32,000 bases of DNA from Dickeya solani IPO 2222 (GTDB lineage: Bacteria; Pseudomonadota; Gammaproteobacteria; Enterobacterales; Enterobacteriaceae). Positions 21,549 to 31,854 of this stretch are shown one piece after another. Under the pieces are notes generated by a model. It worked only from the letters and a program-made list of their open reading frames with translations. It ran no database searches and was not told the origin of the DNA. Every line of letters begins with the position of its first letter. Position 1 is the stretch's first letter. The position numbers and the translations under genes were made by a program. The stretch lies in the NCBI RefSeq assembly GCF_001644705.1, contig NZ_CP015137.1, forward strand, positions 1,080,001 to 1,112,000, written 5' to 3'.

Positions 21549-21596
21549 ACGGAGATAGTTTTCGAGATAGTGTTCGAGATTGTGTTCGAGAGGATG
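21549..21596. repeat. 12-bp tandem repeat x4 (TTCGAGATAGTG-like) downstream of ygiM
   Basis: The units are ACGGAGATAGTT, TTCGAGATAGTG, TTCGAGATTGTG and TTCGAGAGGATG, at 21549, 21561, 21573 and 21585. Confidence 0.85.
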
Positions 21597-21627
21597 TTAA
21601 TCAACAATAACCGAAATTATCGTTAGC

Positions 21628-21693
21628 TATACCCGTCATATTTCACGTTGCAGGTGCGTTGGCTTTCCTGCAACTCGAATTATTTTGGGTATA
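21628..21693. repeat. Short-form ERIC/IRU element (imperfect 66-bp palindrome lacking the central core)
   Basis: TATACCCGTCATATTTCACGTTGCAGG-TGCGTTGGCTTT-CCTGCAACTCGAATTATTTTGGGTATA. The arms are mutual reverse complements (about 20 of 27), and the ends match the TATACCCGTCATACTTCAAGTTGCA... termini of ERIC as I recall them. It lies 63 nt upstream of the cca start. Confidence 0.6.
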
Positions 21694-21756
21694 TCACTTT
21701 GGTTATGGCTGGTAAGCATTCCAGTTATCGACACAGCCTAACATCGGGAGCCGGGT

Positions 21757-23004
21757 TTGAAGATTTACCTTGTAGGGGGCGCAGTGCGCGACGGCCTGTT
21801 GGGCAGGTTGGTCACCGAACGCGATTGGGTGGTGGTCGGCGCCACGCCGGAAATGCTGTTGCAGCAAGGTTACCAGCAGGTTGGGCGGGATTTCCCGGTC
21901 TTTCTGCACCCGGAAACCAAAGAGGAGTATGCCCTGGCGCGCACCGAGCGCAAATCCGGCAATGGGTATACCGGGTTTACCTGTCGGGCCACGCCGGACA
22001 TCACGCTGGAAGAGGATCTGCAACGGCGCGATCTGACCATCAACGCCATCGCGCAGGATGAAGACGGGCTGTTGATTGACCCTTACGGCGGTCAGCGTGA
22101 TTTGCAAAACCGACTCCTGCGTCATGTTTCCGACGCCTTCAGCGAAGATCCGCTGCGGGTGCTGCGGGTCGCGCGCTTCGCCGCCCGCTACGCCCATCTC
22201 GGTTTCCTGATTGCTGAAGAAACCCTGAACCTGATGCAGGCGATGACCCGCAACGGCGAACTGGATTTCCTGACGCCGGAACGGGTGTGGAAAGAGACGG
22301 AAAAAGCCCTCGCCACTCAGGATCCGCAGGTCTATTTTCAGGTGCTGCGCGACTGTGGCGCACTGGCGGTACTGTTCCCCGAAGTCGATCGTCTTTATGG
22401 CGTGCCGGCTCCCGCCAAATGGCACCCGGAAATCGACACCGGCATTCATGTGATGATGAGTCTGGCGATGGCCGCCCGCCTCAGCACGGCGCTTGATATC
22501 CGCTTCGCGACCTTGTGTCATGACCTCGGCAAGGGGATGACGCCGCCTGAACTTTGGCCGCGTCATCACGGTCACGGCCCGGCCGGCGTACCGCTGGTGG
22601 AGGCGTTGTGCCAGCGTCTGCGGGTGCCTAACGCGCTGCGCGATCTGGCCTGCCTGGTGGCCGAGTACCATGATGTGGTCCACACCGTGCAGATGCTGCA
22701 GCCCAAAACCCTGCTTAAGCTGTTTGACGCCATCGATGTCTGGCGCAAACCCCAGCGTCTGGAACAGTTGCTCCTCGCCAGCGAGGCGGATGCACGCGGG
22801 CGTGCTGGTCTGGAGCAACAACCCTATCCGCAGGGAGATTATCTGCGTGAGGCCTTTATTGCCGCCAGCCAGATAACCAGCGCAGAAGTGGTGGCGGCCG
22901 GATTCCAGCATGCCGCGATCAGGGAAGAGTTGCAGCGCCGTCGATGCGCCGCGCTGGAGGAATGGAAAGCCCGGCGCGCCGAGGCTGCCGGGCCGTCATC
23001 ATAA
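21757..23004 (+). CDS. cca: Multifunctional CCA-adding tRNA nucleotidyltransferase / phosphohydrolase
   Basis: 415 aa: [68 protein letters not shown]..., collinear with E. coli Cca (412 aa). The start codon is TTG at 21757, with GGGAG 7 nt upstream. Confidence 0.92.
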   Translation: MKIYLVGGAVRDGLLGRLVTERDWVVVGATPEMLLQQGYQQVGRDFPVFLHPETKEEYALARTERKSGNGYTGFTCRATPDITLEEDLQRRDLTINAIAQDEDGLLIDPYGGQRDLQNRLLRHVSDAFSEDPLRVLRVARFAARYAHLGFLIAEETLNLMQAMTRNGELDFLTPERVWKETEKALATQDPQVYFQVLRDCGALAVLFPEVDRLYGVPAPAKWHPEIDTGIHVMMSLAMAARLSTALDIRFATLCHDLGKGMTPPELWPRHHGHGPAGVPLVEALCQRLRVPNALRDLACLVAEYHDVVHTVQMLQPKTLLKLFDAIDVWRKPQRLEQLLLASEADARGRAGLEQQPYPQGDYLREAFIAASQITSAEVVAAGFQHAAIREELQRRRCAALEEWKARRAEAAGPSS

Positions 23005-23025
23005 CCACATAACGCTATTATAAAT

Positions 23026-23053
23026 CGTCGGGATGCGTCGATTCATCCCGACG
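23026..23053. terminator. Convergent-gene stem-loop between cca and uppP
   Basis: CGTCGGGATG (23026-23035) / CATCCCGACG (23044-23053), a 10-bp stem. The flanks are ATTTATAA on the uppP side, and there is no clean U-tract on the cca side. Confidence 0.45.
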
Positions 23054-23056
23054 GCA

Positions 23057-23878
23057 TTACATCATTACCAGCCATACTACCGCCGCCACGATAAAGCGAT
23101 AAATGGCGAACGGCACGAAAGAAATCCGCTTAATCAACTGCAGGAAGGTCTTGATGGCGATCATCGCTACCACAAACGCAGTCACAAAACCAATAGCGAA
23201 CATCGGCAGGTCGGACAGCGACAGAAAATGCCAGCTTTTATACAGATCCAGCCCGCTTGCGCCCAGCATGATCGGCACGGCAAGAATAAAGGAGAACTCG
23301 GACGCCGCGTAGCGATTAACCCCGACCAACATCCCGCCGGAAATGGTCGCGCCGGAACGCGAGAACCCCGGCCACAGCGCCAGACATTGAAAACAGCCAA
23401 TCAGGAACGCCTGAACATAGCTGATGTCATCCAGCCCTTCCGCCTGCGGCTTTTTGGGTTTGAACCACTCCGCCAGCAGCAACAGCACGCCCCCGGCCAC
23501 CAGCGCGTAAGTGACGGTAACCGGATTGAACAGCGACTTGATGAAGTCATGCAACACCAACCCCAACACCACGGCGGGGATCATCGCCAGCACAATGTGC
23601 ACCAGCGTCAGATGGCCTTTGCCGCGCCCTTCATGCTGCGGCGGCTGCCCGAAGTGAATGCCGATCAAACCGAACATTCGCCGCCAGAACACCACCACCA
23701 CTGCCAGGATCGACCCCAACTGGATGATGACTTCAAAGGTCTTGGCGGTGTCTCCCTCAAACCCCAGCCAGTGACCGACGATAATCATATGCCCGGTGGA
23801 TGACACCGGCAGAAACTCGGTGAGTCCTTCCACCACCCCAAGAATGAACGCCACCAGCAACGAATGCAGATCCGCCAT
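23057..23878 (-). CDS. uppP: Undecaprenyl-diphosphate phosphatase
   Basis: 273 aa: [62 protein letters not shown]..., collinear with E. coli UppP/BacA (273 aa). Confidence 0.93.
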   Translation of the reverse strand: MADLHSLLVAFILGVVEGLTEFLPVSSTGHMIIVGHWLGFEGDTAKTFEVIIQLGSILAVVVVFWRRMFGLIGIHFGQPPQHEGRGKGHLTLVHIVLAMIPAVVLGLVLHDFIKSLFNPVTVTYALVAGGVLLLLAEWFKPKKPQAEGLDDISYVQAFLIGCFQCLALWPGFSRSGATISGGMLVGVNRYAASEFSFILAVPIMLGASGLDLYKSWHFLSLSDLPMFAIGFVTAFVVAMIAIKTFLQLIKRISFVPFAIYRFIVAAVVWLVMM

Positions 23879-23904
23879 CGACCGTTAACTCCCTACCTGC
23901 CACA

Positions 23905-23935
23905 TAAAAAAGCGGCCTTGCTGTGAGCAAGCCGC
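23905..23935 (-). terminator. Intrinsic terminator between folB and uppP, 27 nt upstream of the uppP start codon
   Basis: The minus strand reads GCGGCTTGC-TCACA-GCAAGGCCGC followed by TTTTTTA. On the plus strand this is the stem 23912-23921 / 23927-23935 with one bulged C, plus the A-run at 23906-23911. Confidence 0.7.
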
Positions 23936-24055
23936 AACGTATAAAGCACATCGAAGATGCCCCGCGCTTTCGGAGACATAACTTAAAATAAAGATATTAT
24001 CTTTTGATTACCTTAAGAAGGGTCTGTGTTTGCGCCGAAATGATCGCCAACCGAT

Positions 24056-24418
24056 TCATGCCGACGGGCGGACGCCGCGTTCAATCACTACGCCCACGCT
24101 GCGCGCCTGCGCCACCGCGCCGGGCTTGCTGACCTTCAACCGCAGCCAGGGAATACCGAAACGCTGCATCAGCCTGGCCGCCACCTCTTCAGCTACCCGC
24201 TCCACCAGCGCAAATCGCCCGCCGGCGACCAGTTCAATCACCGCCTCGCTGACATCGGCATAGCTCAGGCAATCCGCTACGTCATCGCTGTCCGCCGCCG
24301 GGCGGTTATCCCAGGCCATTTCGATATCGAACATCAATTTCTGCTGGATGGTCTGTTCCCAGTCATAAACACCGATGGTGGTGATTACGCTCAGTTCTTC
24401 AATAAACACGATATCCAT
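24056..24418 (-). CDS. folB: Dihydroneopterin aldolase
   Basis: The track ORF starts at a GTG (24421). The ATG at 24418 gives [56 protein letters not shown]..., matching the E. coli FolB N-terminus. Confidence 0.9.
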   Translation of the reverse strand: MDIVFIEELSVITTIGVYDWEQTIQQKLMFDIEMAWDNRPAADSDDVADCLSYADVSEAVIELVAGGRFALVERVAEEVAARLMQRFGIPWLRLKVSKPGAVAQARSVGVVIERGVRPSA

Positions 24419-24525
24419 CACGTCATCCCCTGTTTTTGCCGCCGCCGGATATCACTTCCGACAGAAAGTGCGTATTATCCACAGATACTGAACTTAAAAC
24501 GACCTTTATTGGACGGAAGCCGTTT

Positions 24526-25167
24526 ATGAGTGTTATCGCGCCCGGAATGATTATCGTCGCGTATCTGTGTGGCTCGATCTCCAGTGCGATTCTGATTTGT
24601 CGTATCGCCGGTTTGCCCGATCCACGCGAACACGGTTCTGGCAACCCCGGTGCCACCAATGTGCTACGTATCGGCGGTAAAACCGCCGCTGCCGCCGTAC
24701 TGGTTTTTGACGTTCTTAAAGGCATGCTGCCGGTGTGGGGCGCTTATGCGCTGGGCAGTTCGCCGCTGTATCTCGGCCTGACGGCTATCGCCGCCTGCCT
24801 GGGCCATATCTACCCGATTTTTTTTCGCTTCCACGGCGGCAAAGGGGTCGCCACCGCGTTTGGCGCCATCGCGCCTATCGGCTGGGATCTGACCGGCCTG
24901 ATGACCGGCACCTGGCTGCTGACCGTGTTGCTGAGCGGCTACTCCTCGCTGGGCGCGATTATCAGCGCACTGATTGCACCGTTCTACGTCTGGTGGTTCA
25001 AGCCCCAGTTCACCTTTCCGGTCGCCATGCTCTCCTGCCTGATCCTGATGCGGCATCACGATAATATCCAGCGGTTGTGGCGCGGTCAGGAAAGCAAGAT
25101 CTGGAAAAAACTGCGCCGCAAATGCCATTCGGCGGACGATACGCCAGACAAACACGACGCCTCCTGA
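24526..25167 (+). CDS. plsY: Glycerol-3-phosphate acyltransferase (acyl-phosphate dependent)
   Basis: Track ORF 24436..25167. The internal ATG at 24526 gives [52 protein letters not shown]... (213 aa), the conserved PlsY/YgiH N-terminus. The upstream 30 codons overlap the folB promoter region and have no homology. Confidence 0.88.
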   Translation: MSVIAPGMIIVAYLCGSISSAILICRIAGLPDPREHGSGNPGATNVLRIGGKTAAAAVLVFDVLKGMLPVWGAYALGSSPLYLGLTAIAACLGHIYPIFFRFHGGKGVATAFGAIAPIGWDLTGLMTGTWLLTVLLSGYSSLGAIISALIAPFYVWWFKPQFTFPVAMLSCLILMRHHDNIQRLWRGQESKIWKKLRRKCHSADDTPDKHDAS

Positions 25168-25171
25168 GCGT

Positions 25172-25203
25172 AAAAAAAACGGCCCCGACGGGCCGCTTTG
25201 TCT
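25172..25203. terminator. Bidirectional terminator between plsY and the convergent MCP gene
   Basis: AAAAAAAA - CGGCCC (25180-25185) - CGAC - GGGCCG (25190-25195) - CTTTGTCTT. The GC stem is flanked by an A-run and a T-rich run. Confidence 0.7.
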
Positions 25204-25242
25204 TGCACTCATACCGGTTCGCCGGAACCGTTCACGTCACGA

Positions 25243-26829
25243 TCAGTAACGCCCCAGCGCCGCCAAAGCCTGCTGTTCCAGCCGGAACTGAGCCATGCTG
25301 GCCGCCAGTTCGCGCGCCTGATCTTCCAGCGAGCGGGTCGCCGCCGCCGACTCTTCCACCAGCGACGCGTTCTGCTGCGCCACCGAGTCCATCTGCGACA
25401 CCGCCAGGTTTACCTGCTCAATGCCATTGCTCTGTTCACGGGTTGCGGTGGAAATTTCACGCATCAGGGTAGTCACCTGCGACACCGACGACGCTACATC
25501 ACTCATGGTTTCCCCGGCGACGCGGGCGATTTCGGCGCCTTCGTTGACCTGCGTTTGCGAATCCTGCATCAGCACCTTGATCTCTCTGGCCGACTGAGCG
25601 CTGCGCTGCGCCAGACTACGCACTTCCCCCGCCACCACGGCAAAGCCGCGGCCTTGCTCACCGGCGCGTGCCGCTTCCACCGCCGCATTCAGCGCCAGAA
25701 TATTGGTCTGAAAAGCAATACCGTCGATCATCGTCAGAATGTCGGCCACCCGCGCCGCCGTGGCGGAGATCATCTGCATTTTGTCCAGCATCTGATCAAC
25801 CGCTTTGCTGCCTTTCGTGGCGGTGTCGGATACCCGCTGCGCCAGCAGATAAGCCTGATCGGCGCTATCGGCGTTCAGCTTCACGGTGGAAGCCAGTTGT
25901 TCCATGCTGGCGGCGGTTTGTTCCAGCGACGCGGCAGACTCTTCGGTACGTTCCGCCAGATGGCTGTTGCCGGACGCCAGCTCGCTGGTGCCGATATCAA
26001 TCTGACTGCCTGCATCGCGCACGCGTCCCACCGCCACGGCGAGGGAGTGCTGCATGGATTTCATCGCCCGGATCAACCGGCCGATTTCGTTGTTGCCGCC
26101 GTCTTCAATGGTGCAGGACAAATCGCCTTGCGCAATCACCTCAAGCTGCTGTACCGCGCCGTCCAGCGGGCGCAAAACCACCTGACGGATCGCCCACCAT
26201 GCCAGCGCCGCCAGCAGCAGCGCCGCCGCAAATACCATCCCCATCGACCACAGGCGGCCATAAGCCAGATCGTCCGCCTGCTGCAACAGGGTTTCGCCCA
26301 CCTGCAGGGCAAAATCACGGAAATCGGTGATAGACGTATCCATACCGATGCTGAGCGCCGGCAGGGTATCCTGCATCAGAACATAGTAGTCATCCAGATT
26401 GTCACTTTTCAACGCGGCAATCATCGGCGTCATGCCCTGACGGTCGTAGGCGTTGTACGCAACTTTGATATGTTCGGCCAGTTCAGCGCCGCGTTTGGTC
26501 ACGGTGCCGTACGCCAGAAACCGCGCCATCTCCCGGCGCGATACCTCGGCATAGTTCTCCACGCGTCCCGCGGTTTCCTTCGCCTTGTCGATCAAACCGA
26601 TTTCATACAGCCTGACTGCCTGCGCCGCAGCGGTACGGGCACGCAGCGTGGCGGTATAGCTTGACGACAGCGCGCTCAGTTCTTTCCCCTGAATTTTATC
26701 GATAGACAGTAGTGAACGGTTTCCCTGACTGATGGCGCTGGTGCCAATCCCAACGACAATCGCCAACAGCACCAGCATGATGCCCACCAACGCCAGCAGG
26801 CCATGCTTGACCGTAATGTTCTTTAGCAT
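25243..26829 (-). CDS. Methyl-accepting chemotaxis protein (two TM segments, helical periplasmic sensor, HAMP, MCP signalling domain)
   Basis: Track ORF 25243..26916. I chose the ATG at 26829 ([27 protein letters not shown]..., 528 aa) because GGGAGAG lies upstream. It has the conserved [41 protein letters not shown] core. The C-terminus ...LAALGRY lacks an NWETF-type pentapeptide. Confidence 0.88.
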   Translation of the reverse strand: MLKNITVKHGLLALVGIMLVLLAIVVGIGTSAISQGNRSLLSIDKIQGKELSALSSSYTATLRARTAAAQAVRLYEIGLIDKAKETAGRVENYAEVSRREMARFLAYGTVTKRGAELAEHIKVAYNAYDRQGMTPMIAALKSDNLDDYYVLMQDTLPALSIGMDTSITDFRDFALQVGETLLQQADDLAYGRLWSMGMVFAAALLLAALAWWAIRQVVLRPLDGAVQQLEVIAQGDLSCTIEDGGNNEIGRLIRAMKSMQHSLAVAVGRVRDAGSQIDIGTSELASGNSHLAERTEESAASLEQTAASMEQLASTVKLNADSADQAYLLAQRVSDTATKGSKAVDQMLDKMQMISATAARVADILTMIDGIAFQTNILALNAAVEAARAGEQGRGFAVVAGEVRSLAQRSAQSAREIKVLMQDSQTQVNEGAEIARVAGETMSDVASSVSQVTTLMREISTATREQSNGIEQVNLAVSQMDSVAQQNASLVEESAAATRSLEDQARELAASMAQFRLEQQALAALGRY

Positions 26830-26954
26830 CCGTACTCTCCCTTGTGATTCAAAATAATAAAAAACAACCAATAAGTAAGATGGCATCGTCCAGTACGACG
26901 CACCGTGCCGGCGCATCGCGGGACCCGCCGGGTGACACGATTCAGGATTCTCAC

Positions 26955-26982
26955 TTATCGGAACCCTGTCCGTTGTTCTTTA
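26955..26982 (-). promoter_or_regulatory. Candidate sigma-28 (FliA) promoter of the MCP gene
   Basis: The minus strand reads TAAAGAAC (26982-26975) - 12 nt - TCCGATAA (26962-26955), against the consensus TAAAGTTT-N11-GCCGATAA. It lies about 126 nt upstream of the ATG at 26829. Confidence 0.55.
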
Positions 26983-27144
26983 ATTAGATTAATTATTTAA
27001 TTTCCATTAATTAGGCTTATGGGAATCCAGCCTGACAACCGGCAAATGCATGCCACGCGCCCGGCCTAAAAAATCACGACTTTCGCCATCAGTTGGCTAT
27101 AATGAGCGCCACTCCATTCTGGTTTGAAGAAGAAGGAAACCGAC

Positions 27145-27675
27145 ATGAGTTTGAATACGGTACCGGCGGGTAAAGACCTTCCGGAAGATATCTATGTAGT
27201 GATCGAAATCCCTGCCAACGCGGATCCGATCAAGTACGAAGTGGACAAGGAAACCGGCGCTCTGTTCGTAGACCGTTTCATGTCTACCGCCATGTTCTAT
27301 CCTTGCAACTACGGCTACGTCAACAACACGCTGTCTCTGGATGGCGACCCGGTTGACGTTCTGGTGCCGACCCCGTATCCGCTGCAGCCGGGCTCTGTTA
27401 TCCGCTGCCGTCCGGTTGGCGTACTGAAAATGACCGACGAATCCGGCGAAGACGCTAAAGTGGTGGCGGTACCGCACACCAAACTGAGCAAAGAGTACGA
27501 TCACATCAAAGACGTGAACGACCTGCCGGAACTGCTGCGTGCTCAGATCGGCCATTTCTTCGAGCACTACAAAGACCTGGAAAAAGGCAAATGGGTGAAA
27601 GTGGACGGCTGGGCTGACGCCGCCGCCGCGAAAGCCGAAATCCTGACGTCTTTCGAACGCGCCAAAAATAAATAA
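27145..27675 (+). CDS. ppa: Inorganic pyrophosphatase
   Basis: The track ORF begins at a TTG (27124). The ATG at 27145 gives [58 protein letters not shown]...SFERAKNK (176 aa), nearly identical to E. coli Ppa (176 aa). Confidence 0.95.
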   Translation: MSLNTVPAGKDLPEDIYVVIEIPANADPIKYEVDKETGALFVDRFMSTAMFYPCNYGYVNNTLSLDGDPVDVLVPTPYPLQPGSVIRCRPVGVLKMTDESGEDAKVVAVPHTKLSKEYDHIKDVNDLPELLRAQIGHFFEHYKDLEKGKWVKVDGWADAAAAKAEILTSFERAKNK

Positions 27676-27716
27676 AGCTATCCTGCCGGTTGCAGCGAAT
27701 GCGAACCGGCAAGGTC

Positions 27717-27751
27717 AGAAAAAAACACCGCCGATGGCGGTGTTTTTTTTA
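27717..27751. terminator. Bidirectional terminator between ppa and ytfP
   Basis: AAAAAAAA - ACACCGCC (27725-27732) - GAT - GGCGGTGT (27736-27743) - TTTTTTT. An additional hairpin, GCCGGTT/AACCGGC, sits at 27685-27710. Confidence 0.85.
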
Positions 27752-27754
27752 CTG

Positions 27755-28096
27755 TTATTCCTGACGCTTCAGCCAATCGCCGCTGGCGATGCGGCGTAGG
27801 CCGGTGACCGGGCGCTGATACAGGTAGATCCAGGCGCTGCCGAAAGGCGTGGCGATCAGCTCACGCTGGTAAACGCCGTCTCCCCGCTTCAGTTCATCCA
27901 GTTCGGTCAGAATAGACGAGCTGATGCGGTAAACTTCACAGTAAATCTCTCCTTCGCCTGCAACCGCCGCCGGGTAGTGTCCCAGATCGTACAACTCATA
28001 GCCTCCGAGCTGATAATCCCCTAACCACTGAGCGTTGGTCATCCAATGACTGTTTCCCTGTTTGCGCCGTAAACTGCCGTAGACAATAATTCGCAT
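27755..28096 (-). CDS. ytfP: Gamma-glutamylcyclotransferase-family protein
   Basis: 113 aa: MRIIVYGSLRRKQGNSHWMTNAQWLGDYQLGGYELYDLGHYPAAV...SGDWLKRQE, matching E. coli YtfP (113 aa). It starts 2 nt after the tamB stop. Confidence 0.88.
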   Translation of the reverse strand: MRIIVYGSLRRKQGNSHWMTNAQWLGDYQLGGYELYDLGHYPAAVAGEGEIYCEVYRISSSILTELDELKRGDGVYQRELIATPFGSAWIYLYQRPVTGLRRIASGDWLKRQE

Positions 28097-28098
28097 CG

Positions 28099-31000
28099 CT
28101 AAAACTCGAACTGATAGAGCACATCAAGCGCCTGATTCACACCAGACACCGCTTCCAGATATAGTTTTGGCATTAAACGGTAACGTAAGGTTAGCGTTGC
28201 CAATGAGTCGAACAGGCCGACACCATACTTGACCTGCAGGCCTGGGAGGACGTAACCGCTGACAACTACCTGTGATTTGTCGCCAACCCCCTGTGTATCC
28301 AGAGCTAAATTGCTTACGCCAAAGGCCTCGCCGATTTTACCCACAACTTGACCACTTTGTGCAACCCCCAAACCAATCAGAGCCGATGTCATCATCGAAC
28401 TATCCGTTCCGCTACTGTTAAGACCCTGGCCGCGCAACAGGTAGGACAGGGCTTCTTCCTGGGATAAAGTCGGTTCAGAGAACACTTCCAGCTTAGGTGA
28501 AGTGGCCGTTCCCGTCACCCGCACACCGACCGTCACGCTGTCTGCGGTATTGTCCGGGTTGCGGATCGCCTCGATATCCAGCACCGGCAGCGTCGGCGGG
28601 CCGGAGAACAGCAATTGACCCTTACGTACCTGCAGATCCTGACCATACGCCTTGAAACGCCCTTCCGGCATCGAAATCTGGCCGTTCAGGCCCAGCCCCT
28701 GCGTGTCCTGCGTGACGTTCAAATCGCCGCGCAGCCGGGCGCGCAGGCCATAGGCGTCAAGCCAAACATCATCGCCCACCCGCACGATCAGGTTGCTGGC
28801 TATCGGAATCGAGCTGGCGACGGTCGACATCGGGCGCCGCCGTTCATCCAGAATGACCTCATCCGACGACACATCCACCGCGCTAGCCGGCATGTCATGT
28901 ACCACGATCCGCGCCCACGGGATCGTCACCGTGCCGTTGAGCGTCAGCAACTGCGGCGTTGCCTCGAACACGATATCCGGCGACACATCCAGCCGCGCCA
29001 TCGGCGGCACCGTCACCCGCATGCGGTCGCCGTTGACGGCAATCCGCGCCCGCCAGGCCTCAGGCACCGACCAGTCGGCGTTCCCCGCCAAATTAATCTG
29101 TCCTTGCGTGGTGCGAAATACGCCCTGCAACGTCGACGACATACCGTTGAACAACAGCGCCAGCCGTCCGCTGGTCAAATCCACCGGCATCCAGCTGCCG
29201 TCCACGTCAAGATTATCCAGCGTCATCTGCCCGAATACCTGCGGGCGTTGCAAGTCGCCCCCCAGCCGTAAGTCGGCATTAACCACCCCGGCCGCCTTCT
29301 CGTTCGGGCGCAAAATCGGCCGCAGCAGATCGAGCGACAACGCGTTTAACGTCACCGTACCGCTTAGGCTACGGCGTCGCTGCGGGTCGGCAATCTGTAC
29401 GTCGCCCCGAAAACGGCCATTACCCTGAATCCCCATCAGCCAGGCCAGACGCGCCTGTCCTTGCTGCAACCCGGCGTCCAGCGTCAGCGTATCAAACGCC
29501 ACCGGCAGCGTGCCGCCCTGCACCTGCTGACGCACGGTCACGCCGTTGCCGGCCAGCGTGACGTGGGCGTCCGGCAGACCGCCATTCGCCTGCCAACTGA
29601 CCTGGGCGTTGCCGGTAATCGTGCCATTCACCGCCGTCTGCTGGCCGAGAAAGGGTTTCAGCATCGCCAGATTAAACCGGTTCAGATTGACGCTCGCTTT
29701 GCCGCTGGCTCCCGCCTCGATCGGCTGCGGTACGCACAGTTCAGCATCCGGGTTACGCCAGCAATGCGCCCCCACCGTGACCTTTTGCGCCGCCGCCTGA
29801 TAAACCAGCGACATCGCCGGCGCCAGCCGCCACTCGCCGACCGGGGTGTCAAACCGCGTATCGCTGAGCTCCCCCTGCCAGCGCTGCTGCCCCCGGTCGA
29901 AATGACCGCTCAACAACAGCTGACCGCCCACCGGCGTGCCGTTCATGGTCAAACGCAACTGGTGCTGGTTTTCGTCGCCGGCAGCGCGCACATTCAGGGA
30001 CGCCAGACGCAGGTCGCCCTGCACCAGTTGCTGTAGCTGCAATGTCAGCGTGCCATGCACCTGTTTATCCGACTGCACATCGCCATTGAGTGTCAGTTTG
30101 CCAAGGCTCAGTTCCTGCCAGCGCAGCGCTGTGGCATTGATTTCCGTCTGCAACTGCGGCGCATCGCGCTTGCCGCTCAGTCGCAATTTCCCCATCACCT
30201 GCCCGCCCAGGCCGGGCAGAATCCCGTTAAGCGCCGGCGCGTTGATATCGCCGTTCAGCCGCCACTGGTCGCTCAGCTCGCCCTGCAACGTCAGTTGGTT
30301 ACGCCCCAACGCCAGCGTAACGCCCGGAATCGACCACTGACCGCTGGCGTTGCCGCTCAGCGCGCCTTTGACCATCACCTTGTTCTGCCGTACCTGCCCG
30401 TCCAACGCTAACTGCGGCACGTCCAGTTGCCACGCCTCGCCCGCCAGACTGCCGCGGGTGGTCAACGATCCCTCCAGCCGCGCCGGCCATTCCGGCCATT
30501 GCTGCGCGGTATTGATACCCTTCAGGGTCACGTTGCTGTTCCAGCTAATCGCATCGCGCCAGTCCAGTTGACCGGTGATATCCGCCGTGCCCTGCAACGC
30601 AGCCAGCCGCAATCGCGTCAGCGCGAATTGCTGCTCACTGCCGCTGCCCTCCAGCGTTAGCGTGCCGGGCGGTAACTCACGGCCGCGAATATCGCCCCGT
30701 AAGGACAGCGAATAATCGGTGGCTTTACCGCCGATGTTCAGTTGCACATCGTTGAACTGATACTGAGCGTCGCCGGTCAGCGGCCAACGCAATTGCGGGC
30801 TGTGCAGGCTGACATTCAGCGGCAAGCCGGGCTCGGCCAGCGCGGTCTGGATATCCAGCTGCGCCCGCTGCGGGCCGGACAGGTTCACCGCCAGCCGTAA
30901 CTGCTGGCGCAGGCTGCCTTCGGCCGTCAGCCGTAGGCGTTCGCCTTTAAGCGGGTCGCTGTTCACCATACCGTTAACGTTGAGCGCCACCGGCCAATCG

Positions 31001-31854
31001 CCCGCCAGCCGGGCGTCGCCGTGGGCGTACAGCGCGCCCTGCGGCGACTGCACCATCAGTTGTTGCAGCGTCAACGTCTGCTGCCGGGTGGCGGCCTGCA
31101 GTTGAAAGCGGGAAATGACCACCGGCTGGCTGCCCAGAATCTGCCAGGCGTCGCCGCGTAAATCGGCGATGGTGATATCCAGCGGCAGCGTGAACTCAGG
31201 CATCGCCGGCAACAGCGGTGCGGCAAACAGGGTGCGCAACGTTTCGCCCAGCGGTGGTGGCTTGCCAGCCGCCGCTGGCGGCGTGGGCGGCGTTTTCGGT
31301 GCGGCAGGCAGCGCCACGGTGAGGCCCGAGACCTGCGTCGGCAGCAGCGTCAGCGAGCGCCCCTGCCAGCTCAGGCCGGTTTGCAGCAGCGACAGCGACA
31401 CATCGGTGCCGTCGACGATGATACGGCTGTTGTTCAGGTTTAACCGACGCAGCGCCACCGCCACGGGCGCGCTGATTTCGGTTACCGGCGCCGCCTGCGC
31501 CGCAGGCTCGGATTTAGCAGGCGGCATGTCGCCGGTATTGATTGCCACCGTCAGGTTCTGCAGCGACAGGTCGTCCAGACACAGCTGGCTGCGCCACAGG
31601 CAATCCGGCGCCAGCGCCAGATGCAGACTGTCTGTCTGCACGGTCACGCCGGGCATTTGATAGCGTACCGCTTTCAGCGTCAAATCCCGCCAGCCGCCAT
31701 CGACCTGCCCTATTTCCAGCCCCGGCACCCAGCGCACGGCGGCGCTGAGCAACAGATGCAACCCCGGCGTCGTGGTCACCAGCAACACCACCGCCAGCAA
31801 TAACGCCAGCACGCCAGCCATCAGGCCAATTCCGGCTTTTTTCATCCTGCTCAT
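28099..31854 (-). CDS. tamB: Translocation and assembly module subunit TamB
   Basis: 1251 aa. It has an N-terminal signal-anchor ([26 protein letters not shown]), a long beta-rich body and a DUF490-type C-terminus ...[29 protein letters not shown]. It is collinear with E. coli TamB/YtfN (1259 aa). Its ATG overlaps the tamA stop (ATGA). Confidence 0.92.
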   Translation of the reverse strand: MSRMKKAGIGLMAGVLALLLAVVLLVTTTPGLHLLLSAAVRWVPGLEIGQVDGGWRDLTLKAVRYQMPGVTVQTDSLHLALAPDCLWRSQLCLDDLSLQNLTVAINTGDMPPAKSEPAAQAAPVTEISAPVAVALRRLNLNNSRIIVDGTDVSLSLLQTGLSWQGRSLTLLPTQVSGLTVALPAAPKTPPTPPAAAGKPPPLGETLRTLFAAPLLPAMPEFTLPLDITIADLRGDAWQILGSQPVVISRFQLQAATRQQTLTLQQLMVQSPQGALYAHGDARLAGDWPVALNVNGMVNSDPLKGERLRLTAEGSLRQQLRLAVNLSGPQRAQLDIQTALAEPGLPLNVSLHSPQLRWPLTGDAQYQFNDVQLNIGGKATDYSLSLRGDIRGRELPPGTLTLEGSGSEQQFALTRLRLAALQGTADITGQLDWRDAISWNSNVTLKGINTAQQWPEWPARLEGSLTTRGSLAGEAWQLDVPQLALDGQVRQNKVMVKGALSGNASGQWSIPGVTLALGRNQLTLQGELSDQWRLNGDINAPALNGILPGLGGQVMGKLRLSGKRDAPQLQTEINATALRWQELSLGKLTLNGDVQSDKQVHGTLTLQLQQLVQGDLRLASLNVRAAGDENQHQLRLTMNGTPVGGQLLLSGHFDRGQQRWQGELSDTRFDTPVGEWRLAPAMSLVYQAAAQKVTVGAHCWRNPDAELCVPQPIEAGASGKASVNLNRFNLAMLKPFLGQQTAVNGTITGNAQVSWQANGGLPDAHVTLAGNGVTVRQQVQGGTLPVAFDTLTLDAGLQQGQARLAWLMGIQGNGRFRGDVQIADPQRRRSLSGTVTLNALSLDLLRPILRPNEKAAGVVNADLRLGGDLQRPQVFGQMTLDNLDVDGSWMPVDLTSGRLALLFNGMSSTLQGVFRTTQGQINLAGNADWSVPEAWRARIAVNGDRMRVTVPPMARLDVSPDIVFEATPQLLTLNGTVTIPWARIVVHDMPASAVDVSSDEVILDERRRPMSTVASSIPIASNLIVRVGDDVWLDAYGLRARLRGDLNVTQDTQGLGLNGQISMPEGRFKAYGQDLQVRKGQLLFSGPPTLPVLDIEAIRNPDNTADSVTVGVRVTGTATSPKLEVFSEPTLSQEEALSYLLRGQGLNSSGTDSSMMTSALIGLGVAQSGQVVGKIGEAFGVSNLALDTQGVGDKSQVVVSGYVLPGLQVKYGVGLFDSLATLTLRYRLMPKLYLEAVSGVNQALDVLYQFEF

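Noticed and set aside
21703-22911. 402-aa minus-strand ORF antisense to cca.
   Set aside because: Same reasoning. cca on the plus strand is collinear with E. coli Cca, and the antisense translation has no family resemblance and no translation signals.
24436-24525. N-terminally extended track ORFs. These are plsY from 24436, the MCP from 26916, ppa from TTG 27124, garR from 1365, folB from GTG 24421 and ygiM from TTG 20876.
   Set aside because: Internal ATGs reproduce the conserved N-termini and lengths of the E. coli orthologues and have better SD sequences. The extensions have no homology and run into neighbouring promoter regions.
25198-26664. 488-aa plus-strand ORF antisense to the MCP gene.
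   Set aside because: It is a mirror frame of a GC-rich gene. The MCP reading frame carries the invariant signalling-domain motif, and the antisense product is an R/H/Q-rich artefact.
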